DNA of 38,286 nucleotides. Source: a virus. The position numbers were made by a program, and so were the translations under genes. Of this stretch, positions 23,442-32,596 are shown piece after piece. Below the pieces are notes generated by a model. It was not told where the DNA came from. It saw only the letters and a program-made list of their open reading frames with translations, and did no database searches. Position 1 is the first letter of the stretch. Each line of letters opens with the position of its first letter. Where the stretch lies: IMG/VR virus record IMGVR_UViG_3300045988_086281, one strand, 5' to 3'.

Positions 23442-26400
23442 TAAAATCTCGACCTCCTTATCGTAGTTTCAACCATACGTGCAATTCCATCTTGACCAAC
23501 TTCAAATTTCATACCGCTTAATGCAGATACAAGAGATTTTGTAATAGATGTTCCATCGATATTAACATTGGATACATTTGTTTGGTATATCCCTGTCGAT
23601 AGTCCTTGCATTGAACCAGCTGATAATGCTGTTGCTGCACTTTTTACTGATTCTATTTTGTCTTTAAAACCAAGACTAATACCATCGCCAAAATTCCAAC
23701 CAATTTCTTTTCGTGCCCTTCTTGACGGGGAATTGATATCTAATTCTTTTTTTGCTGCCGCCATTGCTGCACTTGCTACTGCTCTCGCTTCATTTACAAT
23801 TGCCGCTCTTCTATTTGCAATACCAGTGCTAATACCTCTACTAAAATCAGATCCTAAACTTTGGCCTCCTGATGACCATTTATTTGTGTCTGCTTCTAAA
23901 GTATTGATTAATTCACGTTCCAGTTTTACAATATCATCTGACATATCTCCGATTTGTGTTTTAGCAGCTTTTGCTACTGCTTTGTTTTTTTCTTCCCACG
24001 TTTTTTCGTATGCTTTTAATTCTTTTTCTGTCATAGAAGCAAGCGTTTTTACTTCGGATGCACTATCAATGCCCATTCCTTTTAGTTCATTGACAAAATC
24101 TTCTGAACACGTTTTTGAAATCTTTTCAATATTTTCAGACCATTCATTAATTCCGTCTACTTGATCCTGGAGGTTATTTTTTAATGTTTCTTTTGATACA
24201 TCTGCCGAACCGCCCCATTCATCAAATAATCCAATCTGATTATTAATTGATTCCTCGGCCTTTTGGTACATTTCCTCGTAGCTTTTCTTAATTTCTTCAA
24301 CACCTTGTTTGAAATTTTCTTTCATGTTACTAACTTTTTCATCAAATGATTGCGTATCTGTTTTATCTAGTTCTTCTTGAAAATTTGATACTACGTTGGT
24401 TGTTTCATCGAATGCCGTTTGTGTTTCATTTAAAGTATTTGCAGCATCGTCATATGATTTCCTTGCTTCTTCTACTTTATCTTTAGCGGCAAGTATTTCT
24501 TCTCCTAGCAAATATTGGCTGTTGGATAACTCTGTATTTACAACTCCATTTTCTATCGTTTGCTCTTCGATTAATTCCATATTCCGATTGTATTCAGCCT
24601 GTTTTTCATTTAAGATATTAGTTGCATCTTGTAAGGTACTGTATGCATCTGCTTGCGCCATTGTTGCACTCGCTACATTGTCAGCACTATCTTTTAATCT
24701 GTCTTGATACGCTTCCATTAATGCCATATCGGCAGCACTTTGAATAACGTTATCAACTGCTGACCGTTGTAAATTAAGTTTTCCTGTTACTTCATCGATT
24801 GTTAAACCCAAATCAGGATACATTTCATTCAATTCAGAAACAAGCACTTTCATTTTAGTTTTTTCTTCGTTGGATAAATTTTCTTGTCCAGCAAGACTAT
24901 ACAAATTATCCGCTAATGTTTTAGCTGCAATTGCATTTCCTTCAATAGATGACTTGCTATCGTCAAATTTAGTTTTACTATCTGCCATTGATTGTTTTAT
25001 GTCATTTACTTTTTGATTTGTACTTTCAATTCTCTTATCTAGCTCAGCAAATTCGTCATTTGTATCCGAAGTAGATGAAGCAAACGCGATCAATGCTGCT
25101 GTCACACCGGCTACAGCTCCAATAACAATGCCCCATGGAGTAGACGACATAACTGCGTTGAATAATCCTTGTTCTGCTGTTGCCGCCATTATTGTTGTTT
25201 TCAATGTCATGAATCCGGTAACCATATTTGATATACCTGTTATTGCCTTATCCACAACTAGCGCTGTTCCGATTCCACTTAATAAACCTATTGCAACATC
25301 TGCGTTTTCTACAATAAATTCAATTCCAGATATAATTGCGCTAAAACAATTTGCCGCTGCTTGTGCTATAGTATCGAAACTATTACTTAAATCACCATCT
25401 GCTATTCGTGATGTAAATTCTTGCACCTTAGAATTAACAGAATCAAAACTATACTCAAACGGTTCCTTAAATTTAATGATTACATTTCTTTTAAGGCTTT
25501 CTAGTGAGCTTTCCAGGTCGTTATATCTGATATTGTTAATATCCTCTAAAGTTGTAGCTGTTGTAGAAACTGCACCATTTATATTCATTAAACTTGCAAT
25601 TGCATCTACTCCTAAATCTTCAAACATAGTACCAAACATGGTAACTCCAAGCGTATATTGCTCTGTTACATCGTCCATATTGAGCAATGCTTGTATTACT
25701 TCCTGGCTTGCTTGTTGTGCTGCATCTCCACCCTCATTAAACTTTTCTTTCAACGCATCTGCGCTAAATCCTAATTGTTCGAACGCTTCATCAGCAGTGC
25801 CATCTTTTACTCTAATCCCGAACTCTTTCACTGCATCGCCAAGCTTATCTACGCTGAATGTTCCATTTTCAGCACCGTTTATAAGCATATTAAACATTTC
25901 TTCTGAATCATAACCGAGTTGTTTAAAATGTACTGAATACTCATTTATTGTATCTAGTAAATCACCATTTTTATCTAGTCCTTGTTGTGCTCCTTGTGCA
26001 AGTAACGTGTATGCTTCTTTTGAAGATATCCCAAACTGGTCCATCAACATTTTTACTGATCGAATCTGTTCTTGTGTATCAAATCCAAACGTATCTCGCA
26101 TCATGATTGCGTATGTACTTGCTTCTTCTAATCCAGATGCATCAATATCGCCAATGTTTTGTTTAATAGTCGACATTGTTTCACTAATATCTCCCATTGA
26201 TTCACCAAAATTATTGGAATATATATTTTGCATTATCTGGTCAAATTCTTCTAAACTATCTGCACTTGTTCCTGTTTTCGCCGCAAACTCATTCAATGCT
26301 TGTGTGCCCTCGAGTGATACATCAAGTATGCTTTCTTTCAATTGTCCAAATGCATCAGCTATTGAACTAATTCCTTCACGTATTGCCATTGATAACAGGT

Positions 26401-26875
26401 TGGCTTTTAATGCATCGCCAAATACATCTAAACCGCTTTCAGCATCCTGTACCGATTTTCCAAATTCATTGATACTTGATGCTGTTCCGTCCATGCTACT
26501 CTCTGCTTCTGACAAATACTTTTTGTTTTGTTTTAATTCTGCATCTAAATTATTTAAGTCTGTAAGTGCATAATTAAGCTTTGTTTGCCATTCTTTTACT
26601 TTATCAGAGTTTTCTCCGTATTTTTCTTTTACATCTTCTAATGCACCTTTTAGCAATTGCACTTTCTTTTTTTGCTCTTCGAATTGTTTCTCTAACACAG
26701 ATTGCTTTGCCCTGAGTGCATCCATTGAGTTAGCATTGTCTTTATATTCAGAATTAACAAGCTTCATTTCGCTACGCATTGTAGACATAGACTTATTGAT
26801 CTGTGATATCGCTTTCCGATAATCGCTTTCACCTTCAAGTACAATTTTCCCACCAATTGCTTTGTTTCCAGCCAT
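23441..26875 (-). CDS. Tape measure protein (1144 aa)
   Basis: Size, coiled-coil content, a central hydrophobic glycine-rich segment, and position after the chaperone genes. Confidence 0.9.
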   Translation of the reverse strand: MAGNKAIGGKIVLEGESDYRKAISQINKSMSTMRSEMKLVNSEYKDNANSMDALRAKQSVLEKQFEEQKKKVQLLKGALEDVKEKYGENSDKVKEWQTKLNYALTDLNNLDAELKQNKKYLSEAESSMDGTASSINEFGKSVQDAESGLDVFGDALKANLLSMAIREGISSIADAFGQLKESILDVSLEGTQALNEFAAKTGTSADSLEEFDQIMQNIYSNNFGESMGDISETMSTIKQNIGDIDASGLEEASTYAIMMRDTFGFDTQEQIRSVKMLMDQFGISSKEAYTLLAQGAQQGLDKNGDLLDTINEYSVHFKQLGYDSEEMFNMLINGAENGTFSVDKLGDAVKEFGIRVKDGTADEAFEQLGFSADALKEKFNEGGDAAQQASQEVIQALLNMDDVTEQYTLGVTMFGTMFEDLGVDAIASLMNINGAVSTTATTLEDINNIRYNDLESSLESLKRNVIIKFKEPFEYSFDSVNSKVQEFTSRIADGDLSNSFDTIAQAAANCFSAIISGIEFIVENADVAIGLLSGIGTALVVDKAITGISNMVTGFMTLKTTIMAATAEQGLFNAVMSSTPWGIVIGAVAGVTAALIAFASSTSDTNDEFAELDKRIESTNQKVNDIKQSMADSKTKFDDSKSSIEGNAIAAKTLADNLYSLAGQENLSNEEKTKMKVLVSELNEMYPDLGLTIDEVTGKLNLQRSAVDNVIQSAADMALMEAYQDRLKDSADNVASATMAQADAYSTLQDATNILNEKQAEYNRNMELIEEQTIENGVVNTELSNSQYLLGEEILAAKDKVEEARKSYDDAANTLNETQTAFDETTNVVSNFQEELDKTDTQSFDEKVSNMKENFKQGVEEIKKSYEEMYQKAEESINNQIGLFDEWGGSADVSKETLKNNLQDQVDGINEWSENIEKISKTCSEDFVNELKGMGIDSASEVKTLASMTEKELKAYEKTWEEKNKAVAKAAKTQIGDMSDDIVKLERELINTLEADTNKWSSGGQSLGSDFSRGISTGIANRRAAIVNEARAVASAAMAAAKKELDINSPSRRARKEIGWNFGDGISLGFKDKIESVKSAATALSAGSMQGLSTGIYQTNVSNVNIDGTSITKSLVSALSGMKFEVGQDGIARMVETTIRRSRF

Positions 26876-26889
26876 ATTCTCACCACCTT

Positions 26890-27090
26890 TTAAAACGGTA
26901 TAACATCGTCTATAGTTAATGGAGCTTGATATTTTCCGTTGATTTTTAAGTACATAATATATAATTCAAAGAATTTTCTGTAAGTCATTCGCCATATTTC
27001 ATGCTCGGTACGATTTAGCATTGTTGTACCGACACAAATAACCCACGTTATATCTAATTTTTCACGTTTATTTTCTACTGGGAGTGTCGT
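26890..27090 (-). CDS. Frameshift extension of the tail assembly chaperone (gpT-like part), in the +1 frame relative to 27068..27439
   Basis: Open frame TTLPVENKREKLDITWVICVGTTMLNRTEHEIWRMTYRKFFELYIMYLKINGKYQAPLTIDDVIPF with no RBS or start of its own. It overlaps the chaperone 3' end and stops 12 nt before the tape measure ATG. Confidence 0.55.
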   Translation of the reverse strand, partial: TTLPVENKREKLDITWVICVGTTMLNRTEHEIWRMTYRKFFELYIMYLKINGKYQAPLTIDDVIPF

Positions 27091-27439
27091 CTATTTCACT
27101 TTTTTTAGGTAAACTGTTGATAATCCCATCGAGCAAAGCATTTGAAACATTATATAAATTGTTGAATGTTAGCATATATCCTATTTCTTCTTCTGTTTTT
27201 AATGGTTTATTTGATTTATTAACGAAATTGCTATGGTTTATACTGTCATTAATCATCACTGTAAGTATTCCTTTAACGACTTTTATTACTTTTCGTTTGT
27301 TATCAAATTGTTCGATTAAATCTTGCAATGTACAATCGAATCTATCTTGTAGCGTATCAATTACATTTATGTTGAAACTTAACTCAAATTCTTCGCCATT
27401 CAATTCGATTTTTATACTATCTGGATTCATATCACTCAC
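27068..27439 (-). CDS. Tail assembly chaperone (gpG-like)
   Basis: Sits between the major tail and tape measure genes. GTG start 7 nt after GGAGG. Confidence 0.7.
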   Translation of the reverse strand: MSDMNPDSIKIELNGEEFELSFNINVIDTLQDRFDCTLQDLIEQFDNKRKVIKVVKGILTVMINDSINHSNFVNKSNKPLKTEEEIGYMLTFNNLYNVSNALLDGIINSLPKKSEIDDTPSRK

Positions 27440-27493
27440 TGTAATTCCTCCTAAAAAAAGAGATAGGCTTTGGCACCTACCTCTCTTAATTTA

Positions 27494-28054
27494 TTAAGCA
27501 GCTGTGATTCTTGCTTTTTCATCTAACCAAGATTTTGCATCTGCTTCTGTATCAAAAGTTTTTTCCACTTTCCAAATACTAGCAACATCAACCATGATTG
27601 TTCCTTCAATCGTAGGTGTTTGGAATGCAACTGTTTCACCTTTTGTTTCTACCGATTCGTTAGGTTCGCCAAATTGTACTTTTTGAAGCCAAATTGCCCT
27701 GAATGTCTTTTTGTTATTAACTAATTTTGTAGCATAAAATCCTACCCCAACGTAAGGCGCAACGTCTGAACTTTTTGATGTTACTTCACTAGACGTTTCG
27801 TCTTGCGTATGGCCAAGTAAACTACATAAAACAGTATCTGTTAAATTATCTACACCTAATGTAATTTTACCGTTTTTAAATGATCTATCAGATTCTGCTA
27901 CTGCATCATCCGCATATAATTTCGTATCATTGGACTCAATTGAAAAGTCAGCTTTAATTGCTTTACCAATTACAAATCCATCCGCAAACGTACTAGCAGT
28001 TGCTGATTCTGTGCTTTTTGCTGCCACTAAATATTTCAACCCAATTGTTGCCAT
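27494..28054 (-). CDS. Major tail protein (phi13-like family)
   Basis: MATIGLKYLVAAKS...KLYADDAVAES...GKITLGVDNL pattern, and position. Confidence 0.8.
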   Translation of the reverse strand: MATIGLKYLVAAKSTESATASTFADGFVIGKAIKADFSIESNDTKLYADDAVAESDRSFKNGKITLGVDNLTDTVLCSLLGHTQDETSSEVTSKSSDVAPYVGVGFYATKLVNNKKTFRAIWLQKVQFGEPNESVETKGETVAFQTPTIEGTIMVDVASIWKVEKTFDTEADAKSWLDEKARITAA

Positions 28055-28059
28055 ATTTT

Positions 28060-28395
28060 CTACCTTCCTTCACTATATTCTACCGTGAAAACGGTGTGCT
28101 TTTTGTCTATGTCATCTTCTTCAAATGTCATTATAGATGTAACAAAAAAAGAGATAGACTCGAGATAATCCCTAATCGTTCTCTTTAATGATTGATAATT
28201 CATTGTTGATGGCGTGAATAGATGTATTTGTAAATATGCTGTATCTTGCAATACTTCATTGTCTGCAAATAAAGAAGGTTTTTCATCCTCATAATTGAAT
28301 GTAAGATACGATTCATTTTCTCCTTTGTAAGTGTCTTGTGCAATGTCTAAATCAACCTCATTAGCCAATGCTGTCATATATTTTGTTGCATCCAT
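28060..28395 (-). CDS. Tail terminator / tail-completion protein (putative)
   Basis: Assigned by position. The start is set at the ATG 28393-28395, which has a GGTGG RBS. Confidence 0.5.
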   Translation of the reverse strand: MDATKYMTALANEVDLDIAQDTYKGENESYLTFNYEDEKPSLFADNEVLQDTAYLQIHLFTPSTMNYQSLKRTIRDYLESISFFVTSIMTFEEDDIDKKHTVFTVEYSEGR

Positions 28396-28396
28396 T

Positions 28397-28855
28397 TTAA
28401 CCACCAACTTTCTTATCATAAAAATCTTGCATTAATTGTAGTGCTTTTGATTCTACTGCATTTGTTGCACGTTGTATTGTTGGTATAGCCGGCTGATTAT
28501 GTAGTCCATATTCTATAATCATTAGTTTAAATGCATTTGACATTTTATATTTCCTATGTGTCTTTACGTTATGGCCATTCCTTGCAACGTAATAATTTCT
28601 AGAATATCCTTTAGGACCTACGAATACTAAAAATGCCCCATTTACACATTTTGTAGCTTTTCTAGCACTTATAGAATCAATCAATTCACCAGTCGACCTA
28701 TCTTTATGTCGTATCGCTGAGCTAACTTCTTTTTTCATGCTTTCTTCTAGCAATGGCGCCGCTTCATTAAGCATATCCAGGCACAGCTGTTCAGAATCGG
28801 TTTGTAATAATTCTTTCATAAAATCATTCGGGATTTCAACTTGCCATTCAGCCAT
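28397..28855 (-). CDS. HK97 gp10-family head-tail joining protein
   Basis: C-terminal LMIIEYGLHNQPAIP pattern. The start ATG at 28853-28855 overlaps the upstream stop (TAATG). Confidence 0.65.
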   Translation of the reverse strand: MAEWQVEIPNDFMKELLQTDSEQLCLDMLNEAAPLLEESMKKEVSSAIRHKDRSTGELIDSISARKATKCVNGAFLVFVGPKGYSRNYYVARNGHNVKTHRKYKMSNAFKLMIIEYGLHNQPAIPTIQRATNAVESKALQLMQDFYDKKVGG

Positions 28856-29184
28856 TACACCAACTCCTTCATGCAACACCAAATCTCATCGTATTCATTG
28901 CTTTCGTAGTAATTATTAACATAAATAATATTATGCAGTTTTCCTTTGTACTCTATAAACATATCTGTTGTAATTTCACCGTTATGTCTCACAAAGAACC
29001 TTGTATTGATTTCTCTAAAATCAGCGTTAGAACGAATAATTTCAGATCCTACAATGTGACTTACTTTAGCAAAACACGAACGGTAAACTTCTTGTGTATC
29101 TTGATATACCAAATTTTCATCTTGCGTTTTTGTAATCTTTATTATCTTTATAGGGCATCTAAACTCTCCAGGGTTAATATTCAT
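28855..29184 (-). CDS. Head closure / head-tail adaptor protein (Phage_H_T_join-like)
   Basis: CPIKIIK...DENLVYQD...CFAKV...FFVRHNGEIT...IEYKGKLHNIIYV pattern. Confidence 0.7.
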   Translation of the reverse strand: MNINPGEFRCPIKIIKITKTQDENLVYQDTQEVYRSCFAKVSHIVGSEIIRSNADFREINTRFFVRHNGEITTDMFIEYKGKLHNIIYVNNYYESNEYDEIWCCMKELV

Positions 29185-29195
29185 ACATACACCCC

Positions 29196-29483
29196 CTACA
29201 AAAAGTTTACTCTATGCATGTCTAATACAGATTGTACTACTAAATTAACGTTATCTTTATCAACAAACATTGATCTGTTGTCGTATAGATGTTGGCATAA
29301 AACCATGTAGGCTATGTAAATATCGTCATATTGGTTTAATTCAAGTTCCGTTAATCCAGTATAATGCATGATGTAATTTTTAGTAGCTGCCATAATTGCG
29401 TTAATTTGCTCGTCATAATACCAACCATCTTCCAGCCTTAAATACTCTACTACATCAGCTATTCCAATTTCACTTATTTTCAT
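29196..29483 (-). CDS. gp6-like head-tail connector protein
   Basis: ADVVEYLRLEDG...INAIMAATKNYIMHYTGL pattern. Confidence 0.7.
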   Translation of the reverse strand: MKISEIGIADVVEYLRLEDGWYYDEQINAIMAATKNYIMHYTGLTELELNQYDDIYIAYMVLCQHLYDNRSMFVDKDNVNLVVQSVLDMHRVNFL

Positions 29484-29531
29484 TTCTCACCTACTTTCTT
29501 ACAGCGGAGCGTATCGCTACGCCCCTATGTA

Positions 29532-30692
29532 TTAAGATGCTTTCTGTACTAATACAGCTAATTTCTGGTTGTCAGTAACCTTAGAGTCAAATTCAAACCA
29601 GGAAACAACACCCATAGCATGCATTGTTGCGTATTTTTCCATAAGGATCTGAATAGAGATATTCTCTCTCATGTTTACGGAAAGCCCGCTAAGATCACCG
29701 TATAATACAGATTTGTTTCCAGCTGCAACCGTTGGCATATTATCAGATACGAATACAGGTTTTCCTAACAGTCTGTAAGGGAATTCGCTAGTATAGTCAT
29801 CTTGTAAAGCGTATTTTCCATCAATTTTTAACTTTTTAACAAGTGTAAATGTTGTAGGGTTCATGATCCAACATGCATTTCCTTGATATACTTGCTTGAT
29901 TTTGGATTGTAATTCAACCAATTCATCAGTTGTAATAGCTGTTGCACTTGCAGTAGTAAGTGTATTTGTACAATCAAGTGCTCCTGTAGCTTTTCCACTT
30001 GTACCAACAAGTAATTCTTTTTCGATAAATTCTGCGATTTTCTTAGACATTTCAGATACAACAAAACTTACTACGTCAACCTGAGCGTTATTAGCCACAG
30101 ATCTACCAATAAGAGTTAAAGCACCTACTAAGTATCCACCTAAATCGATACTAGTAAATTTACCAGTATCAGCGGTAAGTTCGGTAAATTCTTCTGAATA
30201 TGCTACAGTAATATCATGAGTAGTATTAGCTAATCCCCATACTGGAACTTTTAATGTACCTTCTACGCTGTACATAGTTACTCTTTGAAGGATTGGGCAA
30301 ACATCCTTTACTTCTGTGATGATTCTGTTTGCAATCGTTGTAGGAATAACAGCACCATTGTTACTCATTGTTAAATTTTGCTCTCCAGCACGTTGTTCTA
30401 CATAAGCTCCTGCTTCTTTGCGAATGTAGTTTGCGAACGCTCTTTCTTCAAGCTGTTCCGTTGTTAACGTTTCTTTGTTTTCTTGCATTGGTTTTCTCCC
30501 TTCTAATTTTCTTGCACGTTCTTCTGCAGCAATGGAATCATCAACTAATTTGATTTTGCCTTCTAATTCTGAGAATTGTTTATTTTCATCCTCATTAAAT
30601 GCTCTTTCTTCTTTTTCAATTCCATCAAGCAATTGCTGCATCTGTTCTTGTAAGTCTGCTCGTTGTTCTTCTAGATACTTTAAGTTCTTCAT
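29532..30692 (-). CDS. Major capsid protein, HK97 fold, with an N-terminal coiled-coil delta-like domain
   Basis: The ATG at 30690-30692 follows AGGAGGAAGAGGT. Coiled-coil N-terminus. Lies downstream of the prohead protease. Confidence 0.9.
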   Translation of the reverse strand: MKNLKYLEEQRADLQEQMQQLLDGIEKEERAFNEDENKQFSELEGKIKLVDDSIAAEERARKLEGRKPMQENKETLTTEQLEERAFANYIRKEAGAYVEQRAGEQNLTMSNNGAVIPTTIANRIITEVKDVCPILQRVTMYSVEGTLKVPVWGLANTTHDITVAYSEEFTELTADTGKFTSIDLGGYLVGALTLIGRSVANNAQVDVVSFVVSEMSKKIAEFIEKELLVGTSGKATGALDCTNTLTTASATAITTDELVELQSKIKQVYQGNACWIMNPTTFTLVKKLKIDGKYALQDDYTSEFPYRLLGKPVFVSDNMPTVAAGNKSVLYGDLSGLSVNMRENISIQILMEKYATMHAMGVVSWFEFDSKVTDNQKLAVLVQKAS

Positions 30693-30729
30693 ACCTCTTC
30701 CTCCTTTTTTGTGCATAAAAATAAGCCGC

Positions 30730-31320
30730 CTATTTAGCGACTTTTAAGCGATTTATTCTATTGTGGTACTCTTTATAATCTGGTTTCTTAGGTGTTTCAA
30801 CCATATTTTCTACAACTGCTCTTACTTCATTGCTCCTATGCTCTGTCATAACTTCATCTGCTCTCATTTCAATAGATGTAGCACGATAGCAAGGTGTCAT
30901 AGTGCTATCAATTATGGATACTTCTTTTAAGTCTAAATCACTAATTTTTCTAAGTGGCAATTCATCTGTTCTCTGTTCAACCTGATCCACTGCATTCGTG
31001 AATCCAAAACTCCAGCCACGCAATTCATTGTTTCTAGCTTTTTCAATTACTTCTGCATCTGTAATTTCTGCGACTGCTCTTAACCCAATTGCATCTTCCC
31101 AAAGTTCTAAGTTGCCATCCTTTGTCGAGCCTAGCTTTCTGTCACTATTATGATTCAATAATATATCAACATTTTCCGCTCTTTGTAATGCACCATCAAA
31201 AGCTCTTTCCTGTATAACTTCTATTGCTTTTCCATATGGAGTTAAAACAGGTCTAGATTGTCTTTCTACTGCGTTTACATATCCGTCAATAATAACTTTG
31301 TCACCTCTAATCTCTATTCT
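30730..31320 (-). CDS. HK97-family prohead protease
   Basis: MRIEIRGDKVIIDGYVNAVERQSRPV...LLNHNSDRKLGST pattern, between the portal and capsid genes. Confidence 0.85.
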   Translation of the reverse strand, partial: RIEIRGDKVIIDGYVNAVERQSRPVLTPYGKAIEVIQERAFDGALQRAENVDILLNHNSDRKLGSTKDGNLELWEDAIGLRAVAEITDAEVIEKARNNELRGWSFGFTNAVDQVEQRTDELPLRKISDLDLKEVSIIDSTMTPCYRATSIEMRADEVMTEHRSNEVRAVVENMVETPKKPDYKEYHNRINRLKVAK

Positions 31321-32584
31321 CATTTGTCTCACCACCTTTCAGATCGTCAATTTTAGCAGTTCCACCAGTATTAGGAGTATAAATCTCTTTTGTTTTTGGA
31401 TTATATAACACATCTGCAAGACCTAATTTAACAAATTCAAGACCCAAACTAGGCAAATCTTCTTCGTATCTAACTTCATCAATTGTCATAATGTTTGATT
31501 CAATGCCCATTTTGTACGCTTCGAAACGCTCTTTAATATCGCCTTTTAGCAATTCTTTTGTATCAAAAGCAAAATAATAGAACGGTTTCCCGTCCTCAAC
31601 ATTAAATTCTTTTTCTTTTTCCAGCAGATAATCTTTGTTTAAAGCGCATTGAATATCATACATAATTGGAACCGCTGCTAACCTAACCATTCTTCCAATT
31701 TCTTTGTTTGGTGTTATCGATGCTGAACCGCCTTCAAGCAGATTAGGCGATATATGAAATATCTTTCCTATCTCTTTTGCGTTTGTCGTCTTATTTTCAT
31801 TTAGCTGCATTTCAACCAATGTATTAGATGCTTCTTTGAAGTCAATCCCTTTATTGAGTACAACAACATTCTCAGAATTATTAGAGTATAGTCTTTTAAA
31901 TGCCTTTTTAAGTTGGTCCATGGCTTCTTTACTAAGTCCGGTTTCTGATTTTAAAAAGCCTTTTTTGTTTCCACCTTTTTTTACAATATTTTCTTCAAAC
32001 ACAAGCGAGTTATACGCAACCGATAATATATTACTATGTTCTGTTACGATACTTGTTCCGCTTGCTCCGTCTTTCGAATTTCTAAGAATCTTAATAAAAT
32101 CATAAGGTTTGTATCCTTCTCCTCTTACCATAATATCGAAATCTTTAAATATTGGATCAGTATTAGGAATGATAGATATTTCATTTTCTTTTATGTAATG
32201 GAGTGATTTTACTTTTCCTCGAGCTTTATTAATATAAATATAAGCACCTTTCCCTAGAAAATAATCTTCTACTACGGCTTTCCACATATCATTAGCGTTT
32301 AGTGTGTCTCCTGTTTCATCGTTTAGTAGCTTAACTCTTACATCGTCTTTTACTTCTTCTACTGCTCCATTTTCACTTTTGTACATTTTAATTGGAGTAC
32401 TAGCAATAACCTGTCCCAATATCGTAATTGCGCTAGCTACCGTTGGGATTTGTAATGCTTTTCTACGATCCATATCTGTGCTTTCCAGGAATGCACTAAG
32501 CAGAACGTTATCTATTTCAGTTTCAACTGTAACTTCTGCTCTATCTTCCGTTACTCCGAATAATAATTCTTTCCAAAATCCCAT
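31307..32584 (-). CDS. Portal protein (HK97 family)
   Basis: Size, position after TerL, and portal-like sequence. Confidence 0.9.
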   Translation of the reverse strand: MGFWKELLFGVTEDRAEVTVETEIDNVLLSAFLESTDMDRRKALQIPTVASAITILGQVIASTPIKMYKSENGAVEEVKDDVRVKLLNDETGDTLNANDMWKAVVEDYFLGKGAYIYINKARGKVKSLHYIKENEISIIPNTDPIFKDFDIMVRGEGYKPYDFIKILRNSKDGASGTSIVTEHSNILSVAYNSLVFEENIVKKGGNKKGFLKSETGLSKEAMDQLKKAFKRLYSNNSENVVVLNKGIDFKEASNTLVEMQLNENKTTNAKEIGKIFHISPNLLEGGSASITPNKEIGRMVRLAAVPIMYDIQCALNKDYLLEKEKEFNVEDGKPFYYFAFDTKELLKGDIKERFEAYKMGIESNIMTIDEVRYEEDLPSLGLEFVKLGLADVLYNPKTKEIYTPNTGGTAKIDDLKGGETNENRD

Positions 32585-32596
32585 GTTCTCACCTCC

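Noticed and set aside
25128-25913. Long plus-strand ORFs (261 aa here, and also 23568-24164, 24396-24707 and 26007-26573) inside the tape measure gene.
   Set aside because: They are antisense to a strongly supported 1144-aa gene, translate to low-complexity S/L/I/F-rich sequence, and have no RBS. They are typical shadow ORFs of AT-rich, codon-biased DNA. The same applies to 783-1190, 7433-7972, 8670-8978, 34468-34872 and other plus-strand ORFs.
27101-27107. The A7 run (CCT AAA AAA AGT) as the tail-chaperone frameshift site.
   Set aside because: Both alternative frames from this point reach a stop codon within three codons (GTG AAA TAG and AAG TGA), so no extended product can arise here.
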